This document shows positions 28,162-37,884 of a stretch of DNA of 64,000 nt, piece by piece (position 1 is the first letter of the stretch; each line of letters opens with the position of its first letter). Under the pieces are notes generated by a model. It was given only the letters and a program-made list of their open reading frames with translations. It was not told where the DNA came from and did no database searches. Both the position numbers and the translations under genes were made by a program. Source of the DNA: an uncultured Planctomycetota bacterium (lineage in GTDB: Bacteria; Planctomycetota; Phycisphaerae; Tepidisphaerales; Tepidisphaeraceae); assembly GCA_963841915.1 (NCBI GenBank), contig CAWJEN010000003.1, positions 160,001 through 224,000 of the forward strand, written 5' to 3'.

Positions 28162-29160
28162 CTACACCAGTTCTCGCGCAAGCGATGCCGCCCCGATGAT
28201 GCCGCTGTCGGGGCTACGCAGCAAGGCCAGTGGCGTTTGTCGAAGCGTTTCACGCAGGGCATCTGGTCCGCAAGCGTCGAAAGCGTCCGAGATTGTCTCA
28301 GCGACGAGCACTGGGTCGGCATCGTAAAGCCGATTGACGATGCCGCCGCCGAACGTCAGGCGGCGGGTGGCGAGTACGTCGAGCAGCAGGTTTCCGCCTC
28401 GCGCACCGACGAGGTGCAGGAACAGCCGAACTGCTTCGCGTGCCGCGTCGTGATCGACGCCCTCCACGTCCGTTCCCGTCGCGGCGGCAGTCACGTCCTT
28501 GGGCAGGGGAAGCCGCACGTTTGGGGCGTCGTCCGGATTTATAACGGCCGCGTAGAGCAGCGGCAAACCCGGACCGCTGCACAGCACTTCCCAGCTCACA
28601 CGACCGTCGACAGTGGTGCCGAGAAGGTCCTGGGCCGCTTCGCGCAGGAAGTCCAGTGATGCCGCCGGTGGACCGAAGTCGAGGTGGCCGCCCTCGCTCG
28701 GCACCGCGAACCAGCCGCCGGCGGTCATGACGCGGAACCCGATTCCCAGCCCAGTGCCCGGCATCACGATGCCTTCGACATCGCCCTCGCTCGTACCGGC
28801 GCGAAGTTGGACCACCTCGGAAGCATCAACGCCGCTGGAGTGAGCGACCATGTCGTTGACCAGCAGGACGCGACCCGGCGGAATGCCAAGGGCGATGCCG
28901 ACCCGCTCGTTGGTGATGGCTTCGCCGGGCCGATTGGTCATGCGGACGTTGCCGTCGATGACACGTCCGGCCACACCCATGCAGCAGGCGACAACGCGTC
29001 CTTCGATCGAGTGGATGAAGTCGGTGAGGCAATCGGCAACGGGCCGCTTGTCGCCGTACGTCCTTTCGTCGATCGCGGTGGCGTGTAAGTCTTCGGGCCG
29101 GCAAGTGCGCAGCCGCGTATTGGTGCCGCCGATGTCACCGACGAGTAGAAGATCAGACAT
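28162..29160 (-). CDS. glk: Glucokinase
   Basis: GDIGGTNTR, VNDM, GTGLG, SEGGH and CSGPGL motifs. Confidence 0.88.
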   Translation of the reverse strand: MSDLLLVGDIGGTNTRLRTCRPEDLHATAIDERTYGDKRPVADCLTDFIHSIEGRVVACCMGVAGRVIDGNVRMTNRPGEAITNERVGIALGIPPGRVLLVNDMVAHSSGVDASEVVQLRAGTSEGDVEGIVMPGTGLGIGFRVMTAGGWFAVPSEGGHLDFGPPAASLDFLREAAQDLLGTTVDGRVSWEVLCSGPGLPLLYAAVINPDDAPNVRLPLPKDVTAAATGTDVEGVDHDAAREAVRLFLHLVGARGGNLLLDVLATRRLTFGGGIVNRLYDADPVLVAETISDAFDACGPDALRETLRQTPLALLRSPDSGIIGAASLARELV

Positions 29161-29197
29161 GGCCGGCAGGCTAGGCGGGGGCGTCTAGTCTTTGCTC

Positions 29198-30361
29198 ATG
29201 CACGACGACGCGAACCTGCTCATCAGCAACTACGCTCGCAGACCGATCACGATGGTCCGGGGCGAGGGTGTCGATGTTTGGGACGACGCAGGCAAGCGGT
29301 ATCTCGACCTCTTCGCCGGCTTCGGCGGGTGCGTGTTGGGCCACTGCCATCCAGATCTCATCGCCGCCGCCAAGCAACAGGCCGACCAGCTCTGGCACGT
29401 CGGTAACTCGTTCTACAGCGAGCCGCAGCTTCGCGTCGCACGACACCTCTACGAGAAGGCATTTCCTGGCAAAGCGTTCTACTGCCACGACGGCATGGGT
29501 GCCAACGAAGCGGCTGTGAAGCTCGCCCGTCGTCGTGGCAGCGAGACAAGCAACGGTCGCCGGTACAAAGTCATCACCTTCAACGCCAGCTTCCACGGCC
29601 GAAGCCTGGCCATGGTTTCCGCCGGTAGTACGCAGGCGCACCGCGACGGCTTCGGACCACCCGTGCCCGGCTTCGTCCACGCCACCGGCGGCGACATCGA
29701 TGATCTAGCCAAGCATGTCGACGAAGAGACGTGCGCCGTTATGTTCGAACCTCTACGTGGCGAAGGGGGCATGCTCGGTTATCCCGACGAGTTCCCGCGA
29801 CAGGTCCGCGAGCTGTGTCACAATGAAGGGATCAGTCTCATCTTCGATGAAGTCTGGACCGGCGGTGGCCGGACCGGTCACTGGTTCGGCCACCAGTATT
29901 TCGACGGTGTCACGCCAGACCTCATGACCCTCGGCAAGGCCGTCGGCGGCGGTCTGCCGGTCGGCATCTGCTGGGCGGCAGAAGATCACGCTGACTACCT
30001 CGTGCCCGGCACCCACGGCTCGACGCTCGGCGGCAACCCGATCTGTATGGCCGTCTCTGCGACCGTTTTCGACGTCATAGAACGCGACAACCTGCTCGCC
30101 CACGCCCGCGAGCTGGGCGAGCACGCCAAAGCAAAGCTCACCGCCGCACTGCCGGGGGCTGAGATTCGCGGCAACGGCCTGTTCCTCGGCATCGATTTGC
30201 CCGAGGAGCCGACGCATGATCTCGTCGCCGCCGGCCTAGAGCGAGGTCTAATCTTCAACGTCACGCAGAAGAAGGTGGTGCGACTTGCACCGGGCCTCGT
30301 CATCAGTCGTCAGCGGTGGGACGCAGGGCTCGATCTGCTGATTGACCTCATTCAGCAGTAG
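29198..30361 (+). CDS. argD: Acetylornithine aminotransferase (class III PLP)
   Basis: NYARRP, YLDLFAGFG, SFHGRS, DEVWTGGGRTG, LGKAVGGG and HGSTLGGNP motifs. Confidence 0.85.
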   Translation: MHDDANLLISNYARRPITMVRGEGVDVWDDAGKRYLDLFAGFGGCVLGHCHPDLIAAAKQQADQLWHVGNSFYSEPQLRVARHLYEKAFPGKAFYCHDGMGANEAAVKLARRRGSETSNGRRYKVITFNASFHGRSLAMVSAGSTQAHRDGFGPPVPGFVHATGGDIDDLAKHVDEETCAVMFEPLRGEGGMLGYPDEFPRQVRELCHNEGISLIFDEVWTGGGRTGHWFGHQYFDGVTPDLMTLGKAVGGGLPVGICWAAEDHADYLVPGTHGSTLGGNPICMAVSATVFDVIERDNLLAHARELGEHAKAKLTAALPGAEIRGNGLFLGIDLPEEPTHDLVAAGLERGLIFNVTQKKVVRLAPGLVISRQRWDAGLDLLIDLIQQ

Positions 30362-30364
30362 TGC

Positions 30365-31021
30365 TCACGTCGCCTTGGTTTCGGTGCCTGCGATGAGGCG
30401 TCGAACGTTCTCGCGGTGTCGCCAAACGAGCAGCGAGGCCGTCAGCGTCAGGGCCAGCAGCACCGGCCACTGCCTGGCGAGCGACCAGTCGAGCGACCAT
30501 GCAGCCAGCAAGTACCAGATCGGCAGCGATGCAGCACCGACGATGCTGCCGACGCTGATGTACCGCGACAGCTTGTAGCCGGCGATGAAGGTTGCCAAAC
30601 CGAGCAGTCCCGGAACGGTCAGGTACGGGAAGATGCCCAGCACCATGCCGAGCCCGCAGGCGACGCCTTTGCCGCCTTTGAACTTGAGGAACGGGCTAAA
30701 GACGTGCCCGAGGACAGCCGCCAAACCGACTGCGATCCAGAGGCCGAACGTCGTGGCCGATCGCTCAGCCGGTTCCGTCGCCGCGTGAACCAGGCCTGAC
30801 GCGATGGCGGCGGGAACGAGTGCCTTGGCCGCGTCGAGGGCGAGTACGACAAAAAAGTATCGCTTACCGAGCGCTCGGCCTGCATTCGTGGCACCAGTGT
30901 TGCCACTCCCGACGCCGCGAAGGTCGACGCCGCGAGCTTTGGCAATCAGCACACCGAACGGCACGCTGCCGAGCAGGAAGGCGAACGGCAACAACCCAGC
31001 GAGAATCAGGTGAACCGTCAT
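30365..31021 (-). CDS. plsY: Glycerol-3-phosphate acyltransferase PlsY
   Basis: GSVPFG, GSGNTGATN, FKGGKGVA and HRENVRRL..GTE motifs. Confidence 0.95.
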   Translation of the reverse strand: MTVHLILAGLLPFAFLLGSVPFGVLIAKARGVDLRGVGSGNTGATNAGRALGKRYFFVVLALDAAKALVPAAIASGLVHAATEPAERSATTFGLWIAVGLAAVLGHVFSPFLKFKGGKGVACGLGMVLGIFPYLTVPGLLGLATFIAGYKLSRYISVGSIVGAASLPIWYLLAAWSLDWSLARQWPVLLALTLTASLLVWRHRENVRRLIAGTETKAT

Positions 31022-31080
31022 CAACGACACAGAGCAAACGTAGGAGCGACGTCGTGACACCGTCGCGACGTTCGGGCACA

Positions 31081-32193
31081 ATGCACCGCGTGCCACACCA
31101 CGTCCGTCACATCATCGGCTGTATGACCGGCACCAGCATCGACGGCATCGACGCCGCACTTGTACAGATTGAGGGTGAGGGACTTGACATGCGGCCGACG
31201 TTGCTGGCACAGCGGAGTGCGAATCTTGATCATCTCGCGAGCGAGCTACGCACGCTTGCCAGCGACGAGCCGGCGACAGCTGCCGAATTCGCCGACGCTG
31301 CGTTGAAGCTTGGGACGCTGCACGCAACGCTCTGCCACGACCTTGCGAAGCAGGCACCGGCTGTCGATTTAGTCGTCCTGCACGGCCAGACGGTGACACA
31401 CGCACCGCCGCGGTCGATGCAGCTCATCAATCCGTGGCCGGTCGCCACGACGCTGGGCTGCGACGTCGTCAGCGACCTGCGAGGTGCAGACTTGGCGGCC
31501 GGTGGTGAAGGTGCGCCGATCACGCCGCTGGCCGACTTCGTGCTGTATCGCGACCAACCTGGCGACCGGCTCATCGCCAACCTCGGTGGCTTCTGCAACG
31601 TGACGACGCTGCCCGGCGGTTCGTCCTTTACGCAGATCCGTGGGTTTGACGCGTGTGCGTGCAATCAAGTACTCGATGCTGTCGCTCGACGCTCCATCGC
31701 GAGGCCCTTCGATCGAGACGGCGCAACCGCCGCCCGAGGCAACGCTGATGAGCGGGCGGCTGTCGATCTACGCGAACGACTGCTTCGTCAGCGAAAGGAG
31801 CGGCGATCCCTTGGCAGCGGTGACGAGTCGTTTGGCTGGCTCGATTCGATCGCGGCGCTTCGACCCGAGGACCAACTGGCCACTTGTGTGGCCGGCGTCG
31901 GCTCGGCGATCGGCCGGGTATTGCGGGACGAAAGAGCCGGCGCGACGGTGTTTGTTGCAGGTGGTGGGGCAAGAAACGAAACGCTCCTGAAGGCCATCGG
32001 CGTCGCAGCCGACATGCCGATCGTGCTGTCGGACCACGCAGGCGTCCCTATCGAAGCGCGGGAGGCAATGGCCATGGCGGTGCTCGGAGCACTGGCCGAC
32101 GACGGCATCGACATCACGCTTCGGCAGGTGACGGGGCGATCGGGCTCGGTAGCATCGGCCGGCCAGTGGATCCGCGGCCGAAAGACGACATGA
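31081..32193 (+). CDS. anmK: Anhydro-N-acetylmuramic acid kinase
   Basis: GCMTGTSIDGID, HGQT, GGEGAPI, NLGGFCN, GGGARN and REAMA motifs. Confidence 0.93.
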   Translation: MHRVPHHVRHIIGCMTGTSIDGIDAALVQIEGEGLDMRPTLLAQRSANLDHLASELRTLASDEPATAAEFADAALKLGTLHATLCHDLAKQAPAVDLVVLHGQTVTHAPPRSMQLINPWPVATTLGCDVVSDLRGADLAAGGEGAPITPLADFVLYRDQPGDRLIANLGGFCNVTTLPGGSSFTQIRGFDACACNQVLDAVARRSIARPFDRDGATAARGNADERAAVDLRERLLRQRKERRSLGSGDESFGWLDSIAALRPEDQLATCVAGVGSAIGRVLRDERAGATVFVAGGGARNETLLKAIGVAADMPIVLSDHAGVPIEAREAMAMAVLGALADDGIDITLRQVTGRSGSVASAGQWIRGRKTT

Positions 32194-33089
32194 CCCTGCC
32201 ACCTGATCGTTCGCATGTTCCGACCGAATCTCGCTTGGCAGAGGCGGCAGGTAGTGACGCGCTACCGACCGCTGACTACCTGCGGCTGATGAGCGACGGC
32301 GACGAAGCTGCGGTCGCGGCAGTGCGGGCGATCATCCCCGACATCGCCGCATTGGTCGACGCCGTGGCCGAGCGGTATAAGCGGGGCGGCAGGCTCATCT
32401 ACGCCGGGGCCGGCACGAGCGGACGGCTCGGCGTCCTCGACGCCAGCGAGTGCCCGCCGACCTTCAGTGTTGAGCCTGGCCGCGTCGTCGGCATCATCGC
32501 AGGTGGCGACGGAGCCCTTCGCATCTCCTCAGAGGGACGAGAAGACGAGTACGACGGCATCTGCGACGCCTTTGAGACCTTGGCAGTCGCACAAGACGAC
32601 ACTGTTGTCGGCATCACGGCGGGCGGCACGACGCCTTACGCGCTCGGGGCCATCGCTCACGGCGCCACGCGCGGCGCCATGACCGCGCTGCTCACCTGCG
32701 GGATCGTGCCGAAGTCGCCGACGCCAGATCATGTGCTGCACGCACGCACCGGCCCGGAGGTGCTCGTCGGCTCGACGCGGCTCAAGGCAGGCACCGCGAC
32801 CAAGCTTGTGCTCAACATGATCTCGACCGGCCTCATGGTGCGAATCGGCAGCACGCACGACGATCTTATGGTCAGCGTCCGGGCGACCAACGACAAGCTC
32901 CGCGACCGGGCGGCAAGAACGCTGTCGTGGCTGCTGGAGGTCGATCGCGTCACCGCCTTCGACCTGCTCGAACGGGCCAACGGGAGCGTGAAAGTCGCGG
33001 CCGTCATGCACACGCACGGCACTTCTGCCGACGCGGCAGGTGAACGGCTTCGCGACGCTGGCAATCAACTTCGAGAGGCTTTGCAATGA
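32190..33089 (+). CDS. murQ: N-acetylmuramic acid 6-phosphate etherase
   Basis: GAGTSGRLGVLDASECPPTF, GPEVLVGSTRLKAGTATK and ATNDKLRDRA motifs. Confidence 0.95.
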   Translation: MTLPPDRSHVPTESRLAEAAGSDALPTADYLRLMSDGDEAAVAAVRAIIPDIAALVDAVAERYKRGGRLIYAGAGTSGRLGVLDASECPPTFSVEPGRVVGIIAGGDGALRISSEGREDEYDGICDAFETLAVAQDDTVVGITAGGTTPYALGAIAHGATRGAMTALLTCGIVPKSPTPDHVLHARTGPEVLVGSTRLKAGTATKLVLNMISTGLMVRIGSTHDDLMVSVRATNDKLRDRAARTLSWLLEVDRVTAFDLLERANGSVKVAAVMHTHGTSADAAGERLRDAGNQLREALQ

Positions 33090-34591
33090 CCATCCTCGAC
33101 TGGCTGACGCTGGCGACGTATCTCGTCGTTGTACTCATCATCGGCTTCATCGCCGGCAGAAAGCAGACGACGGCGGACGATCTTTATGTCGGCGGTCGCC
33201 GCATGCCGACGTGGGCGGTGGGCGTGAGTGTGCTGGCGACCTCCGTCAGCGGCGTGACATTCATCGGCGGGCCGCAGGCGAGTTATGCCGGAAACCTCAC
33301 GTATCTTGCCACCTCGATCGGGACGGTGCTGGGCATGGTGCTCGTCGCCTGGCTGTTCGTGCCGAAACTGCACGCGTCGCGGACCGGAACGATTTACGGA
33401 ACGATTGGCGAACGCGTCGGCGGGCTCGGTCGCAAAGCATGTGCGGTGACGTTCCTCGGCGGCAGGCTGCTTGCCAGCGGCGTGCGGCTGTACGTGGCGG
33501 CCATTCCTTGCAGCCTCGTGCTGTTCGGAAACGACGCCGGCACCGGCGGACTGCTGGCAAGCGTGGCGGTGCTGTCGACTGTGGCCATTGCTTATGCCTC
33601 GTACGGCGGTATCCGCGCGGTCATCTACACTGATGCGCTGCAGGCGTCCGTGCTGGTTCTGGCCGTCGTGGCGAGCATACTCGTGCTGAGCGGGCAGATT
33701 CCGATCAGCTTCGGCGAAAGTGCCGACGTCCTTGCAGCCGCTAAAGACGCGGGCGGCAACGGTAAGCTGACGCTCTTCGACTGGAGGATGGACGTCACCG
33801 ATCCATTTTCCATGTGGGCAATCCTGACCGGCTTCGTGCTGATCTCGGCCGGTGCCTATGGAACCGATCACGACCTTGCCCAGCGGTTGCTGACCGCCAA
33901 AAGCCCACGCAGCGCGTCGCTTGCCCTTGTGGCGTCCAGCATTCTCGGCGTTGGCGTGACGGCGCTGTTCCTCGCCGTCGGGTTGATGCTGTTCGTTCGC
34001 GACGACACCCTCGGTATCGCGGGCGACGAAGACACGCGACGCGTTTACCTGTCGTTCATCTTGAGCGACTTGCCGATCGGCCTCCGCGGCCTCATCGTCG
34101 CCGGCCTCTTTGCGGCAGCGATGAGCAGTCTCGACTCAGCGCTCAATGCAATGTCGAGCTCGATTGTGCTCGACTTCGGCCACAAGGGCGAACACTCGGC
34201 CAGGATCGCACGGCTCGGCAACATCGGTTGCGGCGTCGCGCTGGCCGTCACCGCCGCCGTCTTTGCTCTCGCCGACGCGGGACGGGAAGCTGGCATCATT
34301 CCGCTTGCCCTTGGCGTCATGATCTACGCCTACGCCGGCCTGCTGGGCGTCTTCGTGAGCGTGCTGCTGCTCGGGCGAGGGTCGTCAATGTCCGTCCTGT
34401 TGGCCCTGATCAGCGGAGCTGCGACTGTGCTGGCGATGGAACACCTTCCCGCGATGGCAGAGCTGCCGACGCCATCCTTGGGGTGGCGGATGACGGTCGG
34501 CTTCATCGTCTCCCTGGTGGTCTGCGTGTCGCAACCGAGTCCGCCGCGTGCGGGCGACATCGAAGTCGCTTTAGCCGAGGAAGTGCAATGA
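33086..34591 (+). CDS. Sodium:solute symporter (SSS) family transporter
   Basis: GGRRMPTWAVG.S..AT..S, GGIRAVIYTD, QRLL and AAAMSSLDSALN motifs; about 13 TM helices. Confidence 0.92.
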   Translation: MTILDWLTLATYLVVVLIIGFIAGRKQTTADDLYVGGRRMPTWAVGVSVLATSVSGVTFIGGPQASYAGNLTYLATSIGTVLGMVLVAWLFVPKLHASRTGTIYGTIGERVGGLGRKACAVTFLGGRLLASGVRLYVAAIPCSLVLFGNDAGTGGLLASVAVLSTVAIAYASYGGIRAVIYTDALQASVLVLAVVASILVLSGQIPISFGESADVLAAAKDAGGNGKLTLFDWRMDVTDPFSMWAILTGFVLISAGAYGTDHDLAQRLLTAKSPRSASLALVASSILGVGVTALFLAVGLMLFVRDDTLGIAGDEDTRRVYLSFILSDLPIGLRGLIVAGLFAAAMSSLDSALNAMSSSIVLDFGHKGEHSARIARLGNIGCGVALAVTAAVFALADAGREAGIIPLALGVMIYAYAGLLGVFVSVLLLGRGSSMSVLLALISGAATVLAMEHLPAMAELPTPSLGWRMTVGFIVSLVVCVSQPSPPRAGDIEVALAEEVQ

Positions 34592-35532
34592 ACCTGTCGA
34601 ACCGACTCATTCTCGGCATCCGCGGCAGCCGTCCGGGTGACGAGCGACTGGAGCGTGATCTCGACGCGTGTGCCGAAGCAGGCGTGGCAGGCGTCATCTA
34701 CTTCACCCGCGACATTGCCACGAACGAGCCGCGGAACATCGAGAGCCCGCAGCAACTGGCTGATCTGTCGGCACACGTTCGGGAACGACTCGGTCACGAC
34801 GTCATCATCAGCATCGACCAGGAGGGTGGCCGCGTCGCAAGGCTGACGCCGCAGCAGGGGTTTGCGTCGCTGCCCTCGGCCCGCGAGTTGGCGATGATGT
34901 CGAGTCAGCAGCGCGAGGATGTCCTCGAGCTGAGTTGCCGCGAGATGAGGGCGTGCGGCATCACCGTCAACTACGCGCCGTGCGTCGACGTCGCCGTCGA
35001 TGCGGCAGGACCCGTTATTGCAGCTCTTGGCCGGACGTTCGGCCACGACGCGGCCACTGTCGTCCGCGTGGCAGATGACGTCATTGCCGCCCATCTTCGC
35101 AACGGCATCACGCCCTGTCTCAAGCACTTCCCCGGGCACGGCTCGGCGGCTGCGGACTCCCACCTTGAGCTGCCGGACGTCACGCAGACATGGCAGCGTG
35201 AACTCGAGCTCTCGCCGTTCGAGGAGCTGATCCATCGGCACGACGACCAGCTCTGGGTGATGACCGCGCACCTGCATCTTCGACAACTCGACCAAACCTT
35301 GCCGGCAAGTTTGAGCCGCCGCGTCTCCACTGAGCTGCTATGCGACGAACTGCTTTTCACCGGCAGGATCGTGACGGACTCGCTCGACATGGCCGGTGCG
35401 CGGGCTGGCGGAGCATTGGCGCAGACGCTGCAACGTGCCACCGACGCCGGGGCGGACTATCTGCTGCACGGGTGCAACAGCCCGCTTACGGAGTACGCGG
35501 TCGACGTCGTCGCCGCGGCTCGACCACAGTAG
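34588..35532 (+). CDS. nagZ: GH3 beta-N-acetylhexosaminidase
   Basis: IDQEGGRV, KHFPGHG-x4-DSH and TDSLDM motifs; no signal peptide. Confidence 0.9.
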   Translation: MNLSNRLILGIRGSRPGDERLERDLDACAEAGVAGVIYFTRDIATNEPRNIESPQQLADLSAHVRERLGHDVIISIDQEGGRVARLTPQQGFASLPSARELAMMSSQQREDVLELSCREMRACGITVNYAPCVDVAVDAAGPVIAALGRTFGHDAATVVRVADDVIAAHLRNGITPCLKHFPGHGSAAADSHLELPDVTQTWQRELELSPFEELIHRHDDQLWVMTAHLHLRQLDQTLPASLSRRVSTELLCDELLFTGRIVTDSLDMAGARAGGALAQTLQRATDAGADYLLHGCNSPLTEYAVDVVAAARPQ

Positions 35533-35586
35533 ATCGAGTCGTTGCCTCCTCTCAAAGCCGCTGAAGCGAGCTGGCCACGATCGACT

Positions 35587-36087
35587 TCAGTCATCTGGCT
35601 GCTCCAGCAACGCAGCGGCGGCACCAAGCCGGTCGGCGTACTGGCTAGCTTCTGCCGGAGAAAGATCCAACGTCGCCAGCAGGTCGACCTGCCAACGATT
35701 ACCGATCCGCCGAAGGATGAACGACGACGGCCGCCCGTCTGCGTCTCCGGCCGGTGTGACGGTGGCCGTGTCGCCGCTGATGACAATGTCGGCATCATCA
35801 TCCGATAGAAGCGGTAACTGCGTCAGATCATCCGGATCTAACCCGGCCGCGACCGTCTCGGCGAAGCGGCCGGCGAGCAGGCGCTGCTCGTCTTGCTGGA
35901 TCACGCACGCGATCGTCTCCGCCGGGTGGCCGACGCTCAAGCAATGGGAGAAGCTCGCTATCGCTTGACGCGGCGAGTCAAGATTTACACCTTCAGGAAG
36001 CGGCTGCGTTCGCAGCAGATACCATCCGCCCGCGACGGCTGCGATGACCCACCCGACGAAAATGAGGAGAAGGGCCCGTCGCGACAC
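35587..36087 (-). CDS. Hypothetical membrane-anchored protein (DUF4878/NTF2-like)
   Basis: N-terminal TM anchor; ISGDTATV…LRRIGNRWQV pattern. Confidence 0.65.
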   Translation of the reverse strand: MSRRALLLIFVGWVIAAVAGGWYLLRTQPLPEGVNLDSPRQAIASFSHCLSVGHPAETIACVIQQDEQRLLAGRFAETVAAGLDPDDLTQLPLLSDDDADIVISGDTATVTPAGDADGRPSSFILRRIGNRWQVDLLATLDLSPAEASQYADRLGAAAALLEQPDD

Positions 36088-36115
36088 GCTCGATCCTAGC
36101 CCACCAGCACACCTT

Positions 36116-37024
36116 CTAAAGCGCCGTCACTCGCGCACCTTTGGGCCAGGGTCTGCCGTTGACGTAGTCGCTCAGTAACATTGGTCGTCCGCCTTCGGGC
36201 TTGAGTTCGAGGACGTGAAGACTCCCGTCTCCGGTGCCGATCATGCCTTCGCTGTCGATGGTGCCGACCTTGCCAAGCGTTGCTTTCGCTTCTGCGCGAA
36301 GGAGTGTCATCGGCCGATCCGACACTGAAATGCGGCAACCCGGCCAAGGCGACAACGCGTTGATTTGCCTCGTCAGTTCCACAGCCGATCGGTTGAAGTC
36401 GAGCATGGCGTCGACGCGCGATAACTTGCCCGCGTGGGTCGCCTGCGACTCGTCCTGCACAATTTCGACTGCCGTCCCCCGGTGCATATCGCTCAGCACC
36501 CGCAGCACCAGCGACGGTCCTGCCGCGGCGAGGCGGTCGTGCAACTCACCCGTTGTCTCGTTCGTCAGCGCCGGAAGCTCGCCTTGCCTCAGAATTGCTC
36601 CGGCATCCATCCGCTCTGCGAGCCGGATGACGGTGTTGCCGACCGGATCGTCACCGTGATACAGCGCGTGATGAATCGGGGCTGCGCCTCGGTGCCGAGG
36701 AAGAAGACTTGCGTGCAGGTTCATCGCACCGAGCCGCGGGGCGTTGGCTTGCTCCTGACTGATCTTCTGACCGAATGCAATAACAACAAGAGCATCGGCC
36801 TCGGGAAGTTGTTCGTCGTTGAACCGCTCGGTGCGAACCACGTCCAGCTCGGCCTCCTCGGCCCAAGCCGCAATTGGCGTCGACGTGAGCTTCTTGCCAC
36901 GACCGGCGGGGCGATCGGGCTGCGTGTAGACGCGCACGACATCGTGATTGGCAACGAGTGCCTCGAGCGTCGGCTGGCCGAACGCGCCACTGCCGGCAAA
37001 GAGCACCTGTAGGCGTTTAGACAC
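36116..37024 (-). CDS. fmt: Methionyl-tRNA formyltransferase
   Basis: TQPDRPAGRG, NLHASLLPRHRGAAPI and MDAG motifs. Confidence 0.96.
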   Translation of the reverse strand: MSKRLQVLFAGSGAFGQPTLEALVANHDVVRVYTQPDRPAGRGKKLTSTPIAAWAEEAELDVVRTERFNDEQLPEADALVVIAFGQKISQEQANAPRLGAMNLHASLLPRHRGAAPIHHALYHGDDPVGNTVIRLAERMDAGAILRQGELPALTNETTGELHDRLAAAGPSLVLRVLSDMHRGTAVEIVQDESQATHAGKLSRVDAMLDFNRSAVELTRQINALSPWPGCRISVSDRPMTLLRAEAKATLGKVGTIDSEGMIGTGDGSLHVLELKPEGGRPMLLSDYVNGRPWPKGARVTAL

Positions 37025-37598
37025 GTCTCGCTCCTGCTGCAGTCTTCTTCTGGTAGTCGGCCTCCAGCAGCTTCATTTGCTTACGACTGGCCATCTTTGC
37101 GGTCGGCGGCATCTTGTCGGTGATGAGAATGCCATCGAGGTGGTCAACCTCGTGCTGCCAGACGCGAGCGACAAAGTCTTCGCCAACTTCGCTGATCGCG
37201 TTGCCTTCGACGTCAAGTGCGTCCATTTGCACCCGCGTCGCGCGAATGACAGGTGTCCTAATCTCCGGCAACGACAGGCAACCCTCTTCGTCCTCGGCGT
37301 CTCCTTCAACCTCCGACAGCTTCGGGTTGATGTAGATGCGATCGTCACCCGCCTTGCCGGTAGCGTTCATGACGAACATGCGAATGGCTAGCCCGGCCTG
37401 CGGACCGGCGAGGCCGACGCCTTCGTGCTGACGCATCATTTCCAGCATCCGCTCGCCGATCGCCTTAAGCTTCTGGGGCATGTCACTGTCAAAGCTGCCG
37501 ACGGGCTTGGCTCGCTTCTTCAAAAGCGGATCGGGATATAGCACCAGCCGAAGCGTGTCCGGCGAAGGTAGCGGCGGGGTCTGGTCGTCCGTCGGCAT
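37017..37598 (-). CDS. def: Peptide deformylase
   Basis: GVGLAGPQ, EGCLS and QHEVDHLDG motifs. Confidence 0.97.
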   Translation of the reverse strand: MPTDDQTPPLPSPDTLRLVLYPDPLLKKRAKPVGSFDSDMPQKLKAIGERMLEMMRQHEGVGLAGPQAGLAIRMFVMNATGKAGDDRIYINPKLSEVEGDAEDEEGCLSLPEIRTPVIRATRVQMDALDVEGNAISEVGEDFVARVWQHEVDHLDGILITDKMPPTAKMASRKQMKLLEADYQKKTAAGARRV

Positions 37599-37622
37599 CG
37601 CGTTCAGGGTAGGGCGATGAGG

Positions 37623-37722
37623 TCACAGACGTTGTAGCGTCAGCCCGCCGTCGACGTGCACGACACTGCCGGTCGCATAGGTGAAGTCGCCACACAAGGC
37701 TGCCACGGCTTTGGCGACGTAT
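37623..37722 (-). pseudogene. C-terminal remnant of an SDR-family oxidoreductase
   Basis: VAKAVAALCGDFTYATGSVVHVDGGLTLQRL* is a typical SDR tail; no TGxxxGIG or YxxxK motif upstream. Confidence 0.6.
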
Positions 37723-37884
37723 TTGCCGTCGATGGTGAAAATGGGCGTCTTGCCCTTACGGTCGGCTGCGGTAGCCACATCCGCGGGCTCCAGCGTCTCG
37801 TCGATGTCGATGATGGGAGCAGAGTAGAGCAGCCGACTAGTCTGGGGAATCGTCGAGCCACTGCGCCCAACCTCCCTTGCGATC

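Noticed and set aside
35510..35564. Possible frameshift extending the NagZ C-terminus (…TTVDRVVASSQSR*)
   Set aside because: The alternative frame is only weakly NagZ-like and all catalytic motifs lie upstream; it cannot be supported without reads.
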